Shown: piece after piece, positions 1 through 9,191 of the stretch
Layout of the letters: the number at the start of each line of letters is the position of its first letter
How positions within the stretch are numbered: position 1 is the stretch's first letter
Assembly: GCA_963762925.1 (NCBI GenBank)
Contig: CAVXMP010000024.1
Span: forward strand, 37,187-69,186
Length of the DNA stretch: 32,000 bases
DNA from: an uncultured Acidobacteriota bacterium
Lineage (GTDB): Bacteria; Acidobacteriota; Vicinamibacteria; Vicinamibacterales; UBA2999
Reading direction: 5' to 3'
Position numbers and translations under genes: made by a program
The notes under the pieces: model-generated
Told to the model about the DNA's origin: nothing
The model's input: only the letters and a program-made list of their open reading frames with translations
Database searches by the model: none

Positions 1-1604
1 GACGCCCAGGACACCGATCCCTATCCATAACGTCCCCAAGCCGCCCGATGACGATGTCGGTACGCTGACAGGCGCCGTGTCACCGGCGGCGGCCGTCGCT
101 GCCTTCTCACTTGCAGCGACCGCCGCTGCCTTCTCGCTCGCCGCGGGCGGCGCGTCGCCCCCGACTCGCGTGATCTCGAGCGCGTAGGGGCTCTCGACAT
201 TCTGGGCCGCCGTACTGCGCGGGCCTTCACCTTCAGGTACGCTTTGCCCTCGTAAGGGAACTCGATGTTCTCGACGCGCACCGCGGCGCCGGCATTCGCC
301 GCCTCGACCTCTTTCATCTTCACGCCGTCGCGATCCAATACCTCGAGATCGATCTCCTTCTCCTGCACGCCTGGCTTGACCCGGACGTTGTACTTCGACG
401 TCGGCGTGACGTTGAGCGCATAGAAATCGGTGGCATCGTTGGCGTGGACGTAGCCTGTGTATGCGCCAGGCTGGATGTCGATGGCGTTGGCATCGTCCGA
501 ACCGGCGTCGCGACCGCTGTTGGCATCGAACAGATCGACGAGCGTGACATCGAAACGGCTGTTCTGGTGTTGAGGGGCATGTTCATTGCCGACGAGAATG
601 TAAAAGCGTCCGCCCTGGCCGGCTCCGATCGGTACCGATACGGTCGCCTTCGCCCCCTGGTTGGCGACCCACTTGTCCACGATGTTCCGTTGATCAGGCG
701 CGTGAATGGCAATGCCCGTGTAGGGCGATGCTCCCGCCCTCGTCGACCTTGCCGCCGCGGATGGTAATGGCCTTCTCGACGGCTTGAATCGACGCAACGA
801 TCTTCTGGCCATCGCGCGCGTCGATCGCAAAGTAGTCGGTACTCGTTCTGGCGCTGATGATGGTCGAGGTGGTACGTCGTTGCCGCCTTGATCGCAACCG
901 CCTCATCGGTACTTGGCGCCGCCGCGAATCGCCTCGCCGAACGTCGAGTCACGCTCGATGAGCAGCGCACGCTGCGTGAGTTTCCGCAGGGTGTCGGCCA
1001 ATGCCGAAGCACTGCGCGCGTCGAAGTACTCGCCACCGGTTGCGCTCGAGATGGCTTCGAGCTGTGCGCGCGCCGCGGCGTCCACGTCGAACCCGATCGT
1101 GTGAACCTTGACCTTGAAGCCTTTGGCCGAGAGATCGCGCACGGTCGCGAGCGGGTCGCCTCCGCACGTTTCGATTCCGTCGCTCACGAGAATCAACGCA
1201 CGTTCTTCGTCGCTGGCAGCGCCAAAATCCTGCGCCGCCTGCTGAAGCGAGTACGCGATCGGCGTCTGGCCGCGGGGCATCGCTTTGGCCAAGGCGCCCA
1301 GGAACTGCGGCTTGTCAATCGGTTGGAACTGGACGACGAGCTCCGTGTCCTTGCAGCTCTCGTCCTTGCGCTCCTGCGGCACCCGGTGTCCGTAGTAGCG
1401 CAGCGCGACCACGCTGCCGTCAGGGATACCCGACACCGTGTCGCGAATAGCACTCTTGGCGGCGTCGATTTTGACCTGCGAGCCGAGCGACGCTCGCATC
1501 GATCCGCTGACGTCAAGAACGATCTCTATGCGAGGTGAGCCGGCGCCGACAGGAAGCGAAGCGATCACCAACGCGAGAGGCAGGAGAACCACTAACGTGC
1601 GCAT
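1..1604 (-). CDS. Secreted von Willebrand factor A (VWA) domain protein with C-terminal PPC-like beta-sandwich repeats and probable C-terminal TM anchor. The 3' end runs off the window and the frame is broken at least 4 times.
   Basis: ORF 903..1712(-): GGAGG (minus sense, 1611-1615) lies 6 nt before ATG 1604. Signal peptide MRTLVVLLPLALVIASLPVGAG; VWA/MIDAS-type motifs DVSGSM and LILVSDGIETCGG. After the stop at 903 the polypeptide continues in other frames: the 320..1036 frame (DEAVAIKAATTYHLDHHQRQNEY), the 694..906 frame (DYFAIDARDGQKIVASIQAVEK..GGKVDEGGSIA), and the 21..830 frame (PYTGIAIHAPDQ...ATDFYALNVTPTSKYNVRVKPG...GKAYLKVKA). An unlisted frame over 1..~210 reads AQNVESPYALEITRVGG...LGTLWIGIGVLGV and stays open to the edge. 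The repeated Y.L....DYF/DFYA blocks resemble pre-peptidase C-terminal (PPC) domains. Frame breaks lie near 908, 838, 728 and 212. Confidence 0.7.
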
Positions 1605-1769
1605 GGATTGCCTCCAGATCGGGGAGTATGTGACTATAGCTACGTTCCTGCGGGCAAACCAGTTCGCGAATCCCCCACAGGCGCACCTCTTCGGCGCTAT
1701 CGCCGAGCTCAACCGTAACGTCGCCGTAACTATTCCTGAGGTCTGAGTCGCGCTTCACCTCGGTGAGCA

Positions 1770-3522
1770 ATGGCTGACGACCATCCGTCGCGGACAACCC
1801 ACCGATCGACCGGCCGCCCCATCGCAGTCGTACCCGGTGCCCTCCTCGCCAATCGCTACGAAATACTCGCGTACATCGGCAAGGGCGGAATGGGGGTCGT
1901 CTACAAGGCCCTTGATCGAACACTGGATGAAACGGTTGCGATCAAGGTCCTGCGGCAGCAATTTCTCGATGACCCGGCGATGACGCAGCGGTTGCTCGCC
2001 GAAATCAAGCTCGCCCGCCGCGTGACCCACAAGAACGTTTGTCGCATCCATGATTACGGCGCGGCGGAATCCGTCGGGTTCATCTCGATGCAGTTCATCG
2101 ATGGGATCGAGCTTGGCCAGATGGTCCGCACGGCCGGGGGCGTCAGCCTTGGCGAGGGGTACGACATCGCTCTCCAGCTCGTGGACGGCCTCGAGGCCAT
2201 CCACGATCAGGGCATCGTTCACCGCGACTTCAAAACGGCCAATGTGATGATCGATCGGCATGGCACGGCGCTACTCATGGACTTTGGCATCGCCAAATTC
2301 TGGCAGGGCGAAGCAGGGATGACACTGACCGCGCCTGGCCAGATCATTGGCTCACCTCAGGTACATGAGTCCCGAGCAGGCGCAGGGCGAGCCGCTCGAT
2401 CCGAGGAGCGACATCTACGCGCTAGGCGTCGTCCTCTTCGAGCTGTTCACGGGAACGCTCCCGTTCACGGCCGACAACTTCGCGGCGATGCTCTACAAAA
2501 AGGTATACGAGCCGCTGCAGCTGGATTCTCCGGCCGCTGCAAGGCTTCCTGCGGCACTCACGCCCGTCATCAAGAAGGCACTCGCCCCGGTGGCTGTGGA
2601 TCGCTATCCATCAACGCGGGAGCTCAGAGCCGCCTTGCTCGAGGCGCGCGCTCAGACGGGCGCCGACCAGCCCGACGCCTCGACGACGATCGCGACAAAA
2701 GTTCAGAACCTGCAAGACGCGGCGCTCGTCGTTGCGAGTCCCGCTTCTCCTGATGCAATCACTTCCAGCAGTGCTCGCCGCCGGTGGCTGATGACCGGCA
2801 TGACGGTCGCCGCAGTTGTGCTGATCGCGATCATCGTCCGAACCGCGCTGCCCTTCTTTCAACCAACCTCAGACCCGATCCGTGCTTCGACCGTGAGCAC
2901 GAGCACTCCGCCAACAGCCTCCGTCCGTAGCAACGACTCACCTCAGGCAGCCTCGAGCGCCGCAGTACCTTCGAATGAAACCGATCGCTCGAAGGCGGCA
3001 CAGACTATATTACCTTCCACGATCTCGGCGAATCCGTCGGAGCGTGAGATGAACTTATGTGATGACGGTGATGCTGCGGCCTGTGTGGCACTGGCGCGGG
3101 CGGCGGAGGCGACGAGAGATTTCGACCGTGCCGCGGATCTCTATCTCAAAGCGTGCAATGGCAGGGCCGCCGCCGGATGCACCGCGTTCGGCGTGTTATA
3201 CAACCGCGGGCTCGGCGTCACGCGCGATGCGATGCAGGCGGCCATGTACTACGAGCGCGGCTGTGCGCTCGGCGACATGGCTGGATGCAACAACCTGGGC
3301 ACTGTGTATCAGTTCGGGTCGATTGGTTTCCGCGACCCCGCGAAAGCGGCCGGTCTTTACGAGCGTGCGTGCTCGACTGGTCACGTGGACGGCTGCGCGA
3401 ATCTCGGGCTGTTGTTGCTGGACTCGCCTGGCCTCGCGCCGGAAGAGCAACAGCGCGCGCGGCAGCTGCTCGAAAGGGCATGCGCCGCCGGCATCGCACG
3501 CGCGTGCGGCAAGATCAGGTAA
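1770..3522 (+). CDS. Receptor-type Ser/Thr protein kinase: Hanks kinase domain, single TM helix, S/T/P-rich linker, Cys-paired Sel1-like repeats. One frameshift.
   Basis: ORFs 1770..2753 and 2347..3522 are one gene. Kinase motifs: [26 protein letters not shown]. An extra G at ~2361 splits ..GQIIGSPQ | YMSPEQAQG.., followed by [13 protein letters not shown] helix [19 protein letters not shown]-terminal repeats of the form C..G....C..LG.LY..G.GV..D...A (e.g. [37 protein letters not shown]) are typical of Sel1/Hcp-like cysteine-rich repeats. Confidence 0.85.
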
Positions 3523-3808
3523 TCATCACTTCAACCAATGCCGTGGTCGGTGATCCGTCAATTCTTTTTTGCTCGCATCGCCGCACAGGCGAGTTGAGAT
3601 TCACTCCGTCCCCTGCTCCTTGTTTTCGATCGCGTGCGCGCTGTTCATTTCTGAGCTGGAGTGCGAGGCTTGACAACCGCCTGGTGGGCCCCGACACCAA
3701 GTCGCCGGTGTCGCTCGCTGGCCGCGTGCAGATCGCCTGTGGGCTGATACAATCCGGCCGCATTGACGGGCGGGCCACCGTCCCGGGCGACTGTGTTAGG
3801 ACCCCATC

Positions 3809-4984
3809 ATGAGCGCGTCGCTACGGATCCTCGGCCTCGCAACGCTCGCGACGTTGGTTGGATTCGCGTGGAGATTCGGTTTGAGTTGGCTTCTTCTGGG
3901 GACGGCACTCGTCCTCATCGCTCTCGTCGTTCATTTGCTGATGACCGCACATCGGCGGAGGCGCTCAGCGCCTTTACCGTATCCACGGCCGACGTTGGGT
4001 GGCCCGGCTCGTCGTGACCAGGACGCTGCCGCCGTGCCCAGGAGCACGACCCTTCAGCCCCCGGCATCACCTTCCCGAGCTTCCGAGGGCACCCGGCCAC
4101 ATCCTCACGAAGAGCACTCGTCAGCGGCCTCGCCTTCGCGCTCCCGTCCGCCTGTCACCGACGATGTCTGGTGCACTGCCTTCTCGCCTTCCGCCGGCGC
4201 GCCTGGCGATACGGTGCTGCTCCAAGTGTTCGCACACCGACGCGCGCATGCCGGCAACGTTCGGAGGACGGCGGCCGAGTTCGATCCATCGGCGAGTGCC
4301 CGGGGCGCCACGCTACTCGATCAGCGGGTCGAGCGCGGTTCTGCGTTGACCTTCGTGCTCGCCATGAAACATGCCGAGGTCGAACCTGGCATCCAGAGGC
4401 TCGTGTGGCACGGCGAGCCCGCAGCGATTCAATTCTCGATCGAAATTCCCAGCGACGTGGCCGCCAACAATCTGATCGGAACCATCTACGTGGCGCAGGA
4501 CGGTATCCCCCTCGGCCACCTCAAGTTCGTGATTCGGGTATCTAGCGCTGTCCAACCCGAGCCTGCAGCGAATTGTGCGACGAACCTCACACACTATCGC
4601 TCGGCGTTCGTGTCCTACGCGTCTCACGATCGCAGCGAGGTGCTGAAACGCGTGCAGATGCTGTCGCGCCTCTCGATTCCCTTCTTCCAGGATGTGCTGA
4701 GCCTCGAGCCAGGTGAACGCTGGGCGCGGGCGCTGTACAAGAGCATCGACGACAGCGACGTGTTCTTCCTGTTCTGGTCGACCAGCGCGAAGAACTCTCC
4801 CTGGGTCATGAAGGAGGTTCAGTCCGCGATCGAGCGCAAGGGCGGCGACGAGTTCGCGCGGCCTGAAATCGTCCCAGTAATTATCGAGGGCCCGCCGCCG
4901 GTGTCCCCACCTCCGGAGCTGGCGCACCTGCACTTCAATGACGCACTCATGTCCTTCATGCAGCGGGGCGATCAACCCCTTTGA
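3809..4984 (+). CDS. Membrane-anchored TIR domain protein (2 N-terminal TM helices, Pro/Ser-rich linker, beta-rich middle domain, C-terminal TIR).
   Basis: Intact 391-aa ORF starting at ATG 3809. Hydrophobic helices ILGLATLATLVGFAW and LSWLLLGTALVLIALVVHLL. The TIR core spans residues ~263-385: YRSAFVSYASHD..EVLKRV..L...IPFFQDVLSLEPGERW...LYKSIDDSDVFFLFWS..AKNSPWVMKEV. The candidate catalytic Glu sits in WVMKE at nt 4814-4816. The middle segment DDVWCTAFSPSAGAPGDTVLLQVFAH...GTIYVAQDGIPLGHLKFVIRV looks like an Ig-like sandwich. Confidence 0.8.
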   Translation: MSASLRILGLATLATLVGFAWRFGLSWLLLGTALVLIALVVHLLMTAHRRRRSAPLPYPRPTLGGPARRDQDAAAVPRSTTLQPPASPSRASEGTRPHPHEEHSSAASPSRSRPPVTDDVWCTAFSPSAGAPGDTVLLQVFAHRRAHAGNVRRTAAEFDPSASARGATLLDQRVERGSALTFVLAMKHAEVEPGIQRLVWHGEPAAIQFSIEIPSDVAANNLIGTIYVAQDGIPLGHLKFVIRVSSAVQPEPAANCATNLTHYRSAFVSYASHDRSEVLKRVQMLSRLSIPFFQDVLSLEPGERWARALYKSIDDSDVFFLFWSTSAKNSPWVMKEVQSAIERKGGDEFARPEIVPVIIEGPPPVSPPPELAHLHFNDALMSFMQRGDQPL

Positions 4985-5126
4985 TGCACGGCCAGCGGCC
5001 ATCGCCGGCCCACCGCCGCGTGCTGGGCGTCTCGATCGTGTTAACTCTGGGTGAAATTCCTTGTTTGGCGCGTCTGCCGTGCGCGATTCGGTGACACCGA
5101 TCCGTCTAACTAGCACAGCGAGAACA

Positions 5127-5144
5127 CGACGTCATTCCGACGTC
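5127..5144 (+). promoter_or_regulatory. Two copies of the palindrome-containing heptamer CGACGTC spaced 11 bp centre to centre; possible operator upstream of the 5202 gene.
   Basis: CGACGTC at 5127-5133 and 5138-5144, inside the 217-bp gap between the TIR gene stop (4984) and ATG 5202. No other support. Confidence 0.2.
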
Positions 5145-5201
5145 GAGAACACCCGCGGCTGGTCAGTCCTTGACCTCCCGCGGCGCATGTGGGGTTATGC
5201 A

Positions 5202-8196
5202 ATGCGTAACGTTCTATCCACCCTTACGTGTTTGTGCTGCCTGACCGCATCCGCCTATGCCTCCGTCGACAGCCAGTGGGCGCAGTTCCGGAAGCGCTTT
5301 CCTTACCACGTCCAGGTCATCGCGCTTTCAGCACCAGAACGCGACGGCACCCGCACGCTGATTATCAGCGAGCCTCCTCCGTCTATCACACTGGATGCCG
5401 TGACAACCGCGTACGGCGACATCGTCACAAGGATCAGCACCAGGCAGCATCGTATCGGGTTCGATGGCTGGGTGAAAGACATCGTAGGGGTGCTGCCGGC
5501 GATGAGTCCCGACCAACAACAAATATTCGTCCAGGATCTTTCGCGCTATATCTTCGGCACCTCTTACAAGGCGTATGCGCTAGAACTATCTGAGTCGCCA
5601 AGCAGCACGTCGTCTTACGACCTGACCGTCGGTGCGTCGGCGCTGAGCGGCTGGCTCGGCTTCAACCAGGCACCGTCGTCCCCGACGGCTGATGTCGTCA
5701 ACCGGTTGGCCTGGCTCGTCGGACTCATTGCGTTGGTTATGCTGATCAAGCGACGAGGCGGCAGGGCCCTGACGGTGCTCACCGCCTGCATCGTCGTCGC
5801 GTACTGGACCACTCCCGAACCGGCGCGTCCAGGGGCAGCAGGCGTCTTGCATCCTTTGCACGGCGGCGAGCCCAAAATGCTGTCGCAACTGCTGTCGACT
5901 CCGGCCAGCGGAGTGTACATGAGCGACACGCCCGGTCTGGTGGTGCTCGTGGTTCCGCGCGACGAGGCGCTGAACAATGCCTCGGTGGCGCTTCGCGAAT
6001 TTGCGCTGGACAGCGATGTCGTGCTCGGTGCCATCGGCACACCGCACAGCGTGGCCGTTATCGCGCGCGAGCGGCAGGAGTCGGTGACCGCCTTGCCGCC
6101 GCTGCGCGCCGAAACTCTGCTGCAACTAGCGGCGGCAAGCAGCGAGGAGCTGTCGCAGAGCTATGAGCGTATGGACCTCTTCGCCGGCCGCCTCGGGACG
6201 GTGCAGCGCGACTGGGCGCCAATCTTCTTGAGTCCCCAGCTGCATGACACTGAGTCCGGCAGCCTGCTGAACATCACCGACCAGTTGCTCAAGTCCTGGT
6301 CGGAGCACGGCAACGTGAAGTACATCAACTTCAACTATCCCCCGCCGAAAAAGTATCCGTTCCCGGATGGTCTGCTGAAGCACGCCAAGGCCACGATGGT
6401 CACCTACAACTGGAACACGAAAGGCGTGGGCTATGTCGACACCCGCGAGGGTTACGACATCCTCGCGTTTTCGCGCACGGGTGCGCTGCCGGTCGACTAC
6501 CTAGGGGAGCAAGACGACCGGATGCGCGAATACGAAGATCAGGGTTACGAGTTCTTCGCCGGCGGGACCGACGATCCGAACCTTGCGCGCGTCGTGCAGT
6601 ACGCGGGTTTCTACCAGATCTGCCGCCACTTCAACCTGCACGCGACGTTCGCGGCAAGCAGCCGCCAGCGCGGCGGAGCGGATGCCGTGCAGCCACTCGC
6701 ACGCATGGTGCTTGATCGCATACTGGAAACCGACGTCGATCAGCTCGTCGATCCAGTACGCTTGGCGGCCGACGCCGACCTATCGGGCAGCGTCGGCGAG
6801 TTCCGCCAGATACGTCGGGCGCTTCAGGTCGAGGCTGTCTACGGCGAGGCCGCGCTCGACCAGATCGCTCGTGCGCTGGTACAGTCCCCGGGAGGTCTCT
6901 TCCAGCGACGCCGCGGACGAGCGGCGCCGCCGGACGCTTACGTTGGCGCGGGCGGTCTCGCGTTCACCGGTCGTGCGATCACTGATAGACGACATGACCG
7001 ACACGGCAGCACGGACCTTCGTCGATGCCGAAAGCCGGAACGACCCTGCGGGCTGGATCAAAACGCCGTCGATCGTGCTGTCTTGGAGCACCGCTCGCGA
7101 TGGTGTCAACCTCGTCGGCGGACACAGTCTGAGCAGCCGCATCTCGCATTTTTCGGCTGACGACGTCGTGTCGCCAGGCGGCGTTCGAATCGTCGAAGAG
7201 AACGGGCAGCGCGTGGTCCGGTACAACGCCGCGGACGCCGGCAAGATTCGCGAAATCGTTCGCTCGGTGGGCCGCAACCAGGAGATGACGGACAGTCAAC
7301 TAGCAAGCTTGGTGGAGACAGGCCTGCGGACCGCGCGAGCCGAGGTTCCTGTGATGCCTGCTGCCCTGCGCCTCGGCTCGCGGAGCGCCACCATTGGCCG
7401 CGGGATGGTGCCCTCCCGCACAGTGCCCCTGTCGAATTCAACGCCGTGGCGCCTGCTCGAAGACATGCCCGCGAGCCACACGCGCGCCCTCGACGCGATT
7501 GCTGATCCGCGCTTCTTCGCGATCGTGGTCGAACGGTTGGATGGAAGATACCTGGTCTCTCGCGCCGGCCACGGCTCCGTGCTCGAAGCTGGCAGTGGCG
7601 CCAGTGCTCTGGATGCGGTCGTCGATCTCACTCGGTCTGCGACGGGAGGCCGCGCGGTGCATCTCCATTTTCGCGGGATGAACAGCGAACAGGCGCGCGG
7701 TTTCGCACGGGTGACCGAGCTACACACCTCCGGGCCGAAGGGCGTCTCCATTCGCACGTCCGTGGAATCCGAGACCGGCGGGCTCAAGGTGATTGGCGAG
7801 ATTCGCAACGGTCGGTGGAACCTCGCGAAAGCCGACATCAAGGTCGTGGACACGCCGCTCGGCAGCGTGCGCAAAAGCGTGGACTTTGACGTGTCGATTC
7901 CGCACATGTCCGCCGCTGGCCGTCTGCGCGCGCGCGTGTCGATCACGTTCAAGGAGACCGTTCGCGTCACGGCGGAGTTGGTCGCCCGCCTAACGCAACG
8001 AATCGAGGCGATCCTGCAGTCAATCGTCAGGAGCGGCGAGGAATTGGACGTGCTGCTCGCGTCGCGCCGGATGATCCATGAGCTGCGCATCGGGGACGAA
8101 ACCGTTGCAACGGTCGAGATTCGTCTCGCCGGCGACGCTGGAGACATACAGATTGTTCACCATCTTCAGATCTCGAAGGATCCGGTCGGCGACTGA
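5202..8196 (+). CDS. Large (~1000 aa) hypothetical membrane protein, no recognisable family. One frameshift.
   Basis: ORFs 5061..7160 and 6583..8196 are two frames of one gene. The switch lies somewhere in ~6895-6935: ..DQIARALVQSPGGLFQ | SDAADERRRRTLTLARAVSRSPVVRSLIDDMTDTAARTF... ATG 5202 gives a classic signal peptide, MRNVLSTLTCLCCLTASAYA|SVDSQW. Two hydrophobic helices (LAWLVGLIALVMLI, ALTVLTACIVVAYW) occur ~200 aa in. The remaining ~750 aa are protein-like in composition, but I cannot assign any motif to a family. Confidence 0.6.
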
Positions 8197-9070
8197 TTGC
8201 GCACTGCTGCTCGCGATCCCGCTGAACCGGGCTGAGTACGACACGGCGTGGCAACGCGGTACAGACTTTCTGCAGGCGTACGGCGCGGCATGCGACGTCA
8301 CCGATCCCGATCGTCTGTGGCGGATCTACGAGCACTACGCTGGCCTGTGTAGCGCGGCGGTAGACGTCGCGGAGGCATATGGCGTCGCGGTTTTCCGAGG
8401 CGCCACGCTGAAAGCGCTGGCCGACGCAACCGGACGGTTCGCAACTGTCACGATAGTCGCGCATTCGCGCGAGCCCGGGATCGAGACGCGCGATATCGCG
8501 GCCTTCGACAGGCTCCATGCCTCGCTGCAAGAAATCGCAGCGGCGCTAGGTGTAACGCCGCCCCTAATCCGGGTCGACGAACCAGCCCGGCTTGCGGCTT
8601 GGCTGGACACGGCGCTCGGTTCGCGTGAGTCCGGCTCTCCGGAGCGAGTAGCAGACACCCGCGCCGCAGCATGGCGTGCCCATCGTCAGCAGGAGCGATG
8701 GCTACGGCGACGGGCAATCGAGCAGCTCTGTCCGGGAGGTCTGAGTGGCGGGCCGGCTGTCGAACTCGAAGATGGATTGTGGCCGGTGCCCGCCATCGAC
8801 GCGGCGCTGCCGTTGCAGTTTCAGACCCTCGATCTTACGGTGTGCGACTCGGTGCTGCTCGCGGATGTGTTGCGGGCGCGGCGCACCGACGGCATCATTC
8901 TGGCCAACGCTCATCCGACGACACCGGACTTCCGCCTGGCGCTGTACCGTGAAACGGTGCGGCTGATGGTCCGGCACGGCAGTTCGTACCACGAGGCGGG
9001 AATCCGTCTGCGCCGCAGCTTGCGAGGTCGGCCGTCACCAAGCGTGCCGAAGATCGCGCCGGCCAATTGA
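8195..9070 (+). CDS. Hypothetical ~290-aa module lacking its own start codon. It is either the C-terminal domain of the 5202 gene or a separate gene with an indel-masked start. Weak His/Cys (caspase/CHAT-like) pattern.
   Basis: Listed as ORF 8078..9070, but the first 119 nt overlap the convincing C-terminus of the upstream gene and translate to Arg/Ser-rich junk. After the upstream stop (8194-8196) there is no in-frame ATG/GTG/TTG for ~570 nt. Removing base 8194 joins ..ISKDPVGD to DCALLLAIPLNRAEYD... The module contains ..RFATVTIVAHSRE.., ..VELEDGLWPVPAIDAAL.. and ..FQTLDLTVCDSVLLADV..DGIILANAHPTTPDFRLALYRETVRLM. Confidence 0.45.
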   Translation, partial: DCALLLAIPLNRAEYDTAWQRGTDFLQAYGAACDVTDPDRLWRIYEHYAGLCSAAVDVAEAYGVAVFRGATLKALADATGRFATVTIVAHSREPGIETRDIAAFDRLHASLQEIAAALGVTPPLIRVDEPARLAAWLDTALGSRESGSPERVADTRAAAWRAHRQQERWLRRRAIEQLCPGGLSGGPAVELEDGLWPVPAIDAALPLQFQTLDLTVCDSVLLADVLRARRTDGIILANAHPTTPDFRLALYRETVRLMVRHGSSYHEAGIRLRRSLRGRPSPSVPKIAPAN

Positions 9071-9191
9071 AGTGCGAGGCCCGGCAGCTGCGCAGGTCTC
9101 GCCAGACTCACGGGATGCCGATCGCCGCCGGCGGAAAGGGGCGGCGAGGTTTTGCTCCAGTGTGAGCGTCGCGATCGTTTGAGTGTGTCAA

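Noticed and set aside
3153-3812. 219-aa ORF bridging the 3' end of the kinase gene and the intergenic region before the TIR gene.
   Set aside because: It is off-frame over the Sel1-repeat region and Arg-rich, then crosses a clearly non-coding, more AT-containing spacer. It has no start context.
8078-8196. ATG 8078 as the true start of the 330-aa ORF 8078..9070.
   Set aside because: The 119-nt overlap translates to RSRFVSPATLETYRLFTIFRSRRIRSATD-type junk in this frame. The other frame encodes a convincing protein C-terminus. An indel-masked junction is more likely.
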